Source of the DNA: an uncultured Candidatus Kuenenia sp.
Lineage (GTDB): Bacteria; Planctomycetota; Planctomycetia; Pirellulales; UBA1268
Assembly (NCBI GenBank): GCA_964478275.1
Contig: CAYZHH010000003.1
Span: 1 to 38,813 of the forward strand
Direction of reading: 5' to 3'
Length of the DNA stretch: 38,813 bases
In this document: piece by piece, positions 35,904 through 38,813 of the stretch
Position numbering within the stretch: position 1 is the stretch's first letter
Layout: each line of letters begins with the position of its first letter
Translations under genes and position numbers: made by a program
The notes under the pieces: model-generated
The model's input: only the letters and a program-made list of their open reading frames with translations
The model's database searches: none
Told to the model about the DNA's origin: nothing

Positions 35904-37499
35904 ATGTCAGTTCATGTCGATGTGTCGGCTCACGAGATCACGGTCCCCGTCGTGATTCGTAATGCTCCGCCCGGAAGGCTCTACGAGGACGCTGTTTCCC
36001 GCGAGCAGGCGGGAATCGTCTCATCCGGTGCAATTGCCATTCGCTCCGGTGCCAAGACGGGCCGAAGCCCGGGCGACAAGCATGTGGTGCGGCACCCCGA
36101 TTCGGAGGGTGACGTGTGGTGGGGCTCGGTCAATCACCCCATCGACGAGCACACGTTTCTCCTCAACCGCCAGCGGGCAATCGATTACCTCAACACCCGC
36201 GATCAGATCTATGTGTGCGACGGCTACGCAGGCTGGGATCCGACCACACGGGTAAAGGTCCGCGTGCTCTGCGCCCGGGCCTACCACGCCCTCTTCATGC
36301 ACAACATGCTCATTCGGCCGACGCGTGCCGAGCTCGAGCAGTTCGGAAAGCCCGACTACGTCATCTACAACGCCGGCCAGTTCCCGGCCAATCCCTACAC
36401 CACGCAGATGACCAGCCGCACGAGCGTCGATCTCTGTCTCGAGCGGCGGGAGCAAGTGATTCTCGGTACTGAATATGCCGGCGAGATGAAGAAGGGCGTG
36501 TTCACCTACATGCACTGGCTTCTGCCGTCGAAGGGCATCCTCTCGATGCATTGCTCGGCGAACCAGGGCGTGGACGCCGCGGGCAGGCCCGGCGAGGTGT
36601 CGCTCTTCTTTGGTCTCTCCGGCACCGGCAAGACGACGCTCTCGGCCGACCCGGCCCGCCGCCTTATCGGTGACGACGAACACGGCTGGGGCGACGACGG
36701 CGTCTTCAATATCGAGGGGGGCTGCTACGCCAAGTGCATCCACCTCGAGGAGGCGAAGGAGCCCGAGATCTGGCAGGCCATCAAGTTTGGCACGGTGCTC
36801 GAAAACGTCGTCTACGACCCGGCCACGCGGGCGGTCGATTTCGAGAGGAGCGCCATCACCGAGAATACCCGCGCGGCCTACCCGGTCGAATACATCGACA
36901 ACGCGAAGGTGCCCTGCATTGGCCCGCATCCGCGGCATGTCATTTTTCTCACCTGCGATGCCTCGGGCGTGCTGCCACCCGTGAGTCGGCTCTCACGCGA
37001 GCAGGCGATGTACCATTTTCTTTCTGGCTACACGGCGCGGGTGGCCGGCACCGAGATGGGCGTCGTCGAGCCTCAAGTAGCCTTTTCGGCATGTTTCAGC
37101 GCCGCGTTCCTCGTGCGGCATCCGGCTGTGTATGCCCGGCTGCTCGCCGAAAAGCTCCGCCGTCATGACGCCCAGGCCTGGCTCATCAACACCGGCTGGA
37201 CCGGCGGAGCCTACGGCGTCGGCCGGCGAATCGATCTCGCGAGCACGCGACGGATCATCGACGCGATCCATGCGGGTGCTCTCGACGAGGCGCCGGTCCA
37301 GCGGGACCGCATCTTCGGCCTCGACGCGGTCATCCGTGTCCCGGGCGTGGACGACAAGCTCCTTGTGCCCCACCGAGCCTGGGCCGACGAAGCCTCATGG
37401 GAAGCCGCCGCCCGCAAGCTCGCCGGTCGTTTTAGAGAGAATTTTGCTACGTATGCCGACGCCGCCGGCCCGGATGTGCTCGCCGCCGGGCCGGTATGA
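35904..37499 (+). CDS. pckA: phosphoenolpyruvate carboxykinase (ATP)
   Basis: [28 protein letters not shown] (kinase-1a) and IGDDEHGW are present. 531 aa from ATG 35904. Confidence 0.96.
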   Translation: MSVHVDVSAHEITVPVVIRNAPPGRLYEDAVSREQAGIVSSGAIAIRSGAKTGRSPGDKHVVRHPDSEGDVWWGSVNHPIDEHTFLLNRQRAIDYLNTRDQIYVCDGYAGWDPTTRVKVRVLCARAYHALFMHNMLIRPTRAELEQFGKPDYVIYNAGQFPANPYTTQMTSRTSVDLCLERREQVILGTEYAGEMKKGVFTYMHWLLPSKGILSMHCSANQGVDAAGRPGEVSLFFGLSGTGKTTLSADPARRLIGDDEHGWGDDGVFNIEGGCYAKCIHLEEAKEPEIWQAIKFGTVLENVVYDPATRAVDFERSAITENTRAAYPVEYIDNAKVPCIGPHPRHVIFLTCDASGVLPPVSRLSREQAMYHFLSGYTARVAGTEMGVVEPQVAFSACFSAAFLVRHPAVYARLLAEKLRRHDAQAWLINTGWTGGAYGVGRRIDLASTRRIIDAIHAGALDEAPVQRDRIFGLDAVIRVPGVDDKLLVPHRAWADEASWEAAARKLAGRFRENFATYADAAGPDVLAAGPV

Positions 37500-37516
37500 G
37501 CTCTGTGTCCACGGCT

Positions 37517-37648
37517 CGGGGTGGCCCACGCCATGTCGTCGGACGTTCGCTTCTGCCATGCTGGTTTCGCGCCGGCGCCGCCGTCCCGGCGTCGGCTTCG
37601 GCTTGCGGTCGCCGTGCCAAGCCCGGCTCCCAGGCACGGGGCACCCCG
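37517..37648. repeat. inverted-repeat-bounded GC-rich repeat element, locus B (single core)
   Basis: The core at 37565-37613 matches the 49-nt core of locus A at 47/49. The following 22 nt match at 21/22. The upstream cggacgttcgc block is shared. Imperfect terminal inverted repeat: cggggtggcccacgcc (37517-37532) versus ggcacggggcaccccg (37633-37648), 13/16. Confidence 0.8.
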
Positions 37649-37757
37649 CGCGGATACGTTCGTGTGGAGTTCGGTGCATCCCGGACCATTGAACGCGGCG
37701 TTGCACTCGCACAACGGCCTGGTTTAGCGACACTAGCCCATTGGTGGGCAGACATGG

Positions 37758-38270
37758 ATGAATCGTGGCATGGAACATGACTCGGCCCCACCCTTCGCTT
37801 CTCTTGCTGTGATCCCCGCAACCGCGGTCCACGCGCAGATCCTTCTCGACTCGTTCGCGAGGCTCTTGGGACGCGAGTTGGTGGCTCGCGACGGGACTCC
37901 GGCCGACCAGGCTGAGCGGCTTTTTCGGGCGCCGTTTGTCGTCGTGTCCCACGGCACGGAAGCCGATCCGGTCCTCAACTACGGCAATGCCGCGGCGCTC
38001 GCCCTTTGGGAGATGACGTGGGATGAGCTCACGCGAACCCCATCGCGTTTGACGGCCGAGCCTGTGCATCGTGACGAACGGACGCGGCTCCTCGAGCGGA
38101 CCCGCGCGCATGGCTTCGTGGACGACTACTCGGGCATCCGTATCTCAAAATCTGAAAAACGGTTTCGCATCGAAAAGGCAATCGTCTGGAACCTCACGGA
38201 TGCTGCCGGGCGGCCCCATGGCCAGGCCGCCACGTTCGATCACTGGGCACCGCTTGGCGATGGGCCGTGA
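37758..38270 (+). CDS. MEKHLA domain-containing protein (PAS-like, stand-alone)
   Basis: FVVVSHGTEADPVLNYGNAAALALWEMTWDELTRTPSRLTAEP...RISKSEKRFRIEKAIVWNLTDAAGRPHGQAATFDHW matches my recollection of bacterial MEKHLA proteins. Confidence 0.8.
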   Translation: MNRGMEHDSAPPFASLAVIPATAVHAQILLDSFARLLGRELVARDGTPADQAERLFRAPFVVVSHGTEADPVLNYGNAAALALWEMTWDELTRTPSRLTAEPVHRDERTRLLERTRAHGFVDDYSGIRISKSEKRFRIEKAIVWNLTDAAGRPHGQAATFDHWAPLGDGP

Positions 38271-38351
38271 CACAAATTTGCCAGCGGCCTGTGGCGCGCC
38301 TCTAATGTGGACGTTCAAATCAAAGACCATCTTGATTCTCCGGAGGCCGCT

Positions 38352-38813
38352 ATGTTGCTCATGAAGCTGTTGTGCCTGTTCTCTCTCGTCTGCGTGTGTG
38401 GGTTGGCCCTCGCGGCTACGGCTGAGGGCCCCCTTTCCGGGACGATGAAGTCGATCGACGGCAAGGACGTCGATCTCGGTTCCTACCAGGGCAAGGTGGT
38501 GCTGGTCGTGAATGTCGCAAGCAAGTGCGGGGCGACGCCCCAGTACGCCGGGCTCGAAGCTCTCTACGACAAGTACAACGACAAGGGCTTCGTCGTGCTG
38601 GGCTTCCCCGCCAACGATTTTGGAGCCCAGGAGCCGGGCAGCGATGACCAGATCAAGACGTTTTGCAGCTCGAAATACGACGTCAGCTTCCCGATGTTCT
38701 CGAAGATCACCGTGAAGGGCGACGGCAAGCCGCAGCTCTACAAGGTGCTCACCGAGACGGCCGACCCGGCCGGCGACATCTGGATCGTTCCGCTCGACGG
38801 CTCGCGCAAGCCG
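38352..38813 (+). CDS. glutathione peroxidase family protein (Cys type), 3'-truncated by window edge
   Basis: GGAGG lies 6 nt before ATG 38352. There is a signal-like N-terminus MLLMKLLCLFSLVCVCGLALA. VVLVVNVASKCGATPQY, GFVVLGFPANDFGAQEPG and DVSFPMFSKI are GPx motifs. The frame is open to the last base. Confidence 0.88.
   Translation, partial: MLLMKLLCLFSLVCVCGLALAATAEGPLSGTMKSIDGKDVDLGSYQGKVVLVVNVASKCGATPQYAGLEALYDKYNDKGFVVLGFPANDFGAQEPGSDDQIKTFCSSKYDVSFPMFSKITVKGDGKPQLYKVLTETADPAGDIWIVPLDGSRKP

Noticed and set aside
36021-36938. 305-aa minus-strand ORF opposite pckA
   Set aside because: Antisense shadow of pckA.

Overview
High-GC chromosomal core segment that looks planctomycete (PVC superphylum). 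The lineage call rests on a DUF1549/DUF1553 + DUF1501 gene pair and several PVC-restricted hypothetical genes. Every gene I can support lies on the + strand. Gene order: a 5'-truncated hypothetical ORF; rpmA-obg-coaX-rsfS-argS; a ~520-nt repeat-bearing spacer; an EF-G-family GTPase; then a nearly complete S10-spc-alpha ribosomal super-operon (rpsJ rplC rplD rplW rplB rpsS rplV rpsC rplP rpmC rpsQ rplN rplX rplE rpsN(Z) rpsH rplF rplR rpsE rplO secY adk map rpmJ rpsM rpsK rpsD rpoA rplQ). rpmD and infA are absent from their usual slots. Downstream come the DUF1549/DUF1553 + DUF1501 pair, a MATE transporter, speA, nadE, a block of secreted, hypothetical and membrane genes that includes a candidate unlisted 37-aa membrane micro-ORF, pckA, a second repeat copy, a stand-alone MEKHLA-domain gene, and a 3'-truncated glutathione peroxidase. 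I found no tRNA, rRNA, CRISPR array, transposase, integrase or recognisable defence or toxin module. I do not see a convincing novel multi-gene system; this is mostly an ordinary housekeeping region. The observations most worth follow-up are: (1) an inverted-repeat-bounded GC-rich repeat element present at two loci, each just after a gene end; (2) an EF-G paralogue at the head of the S10 operon whose domain IV tip loops are degenerate; (3) the small membrane ORF; (4) lineage-specific ribosomal protein extensions, Zn-ribbon forms and an rpsC/rplP overlap. The many long minus-strand ORFs in the track are antisense shadows typical of high-GC DNA.
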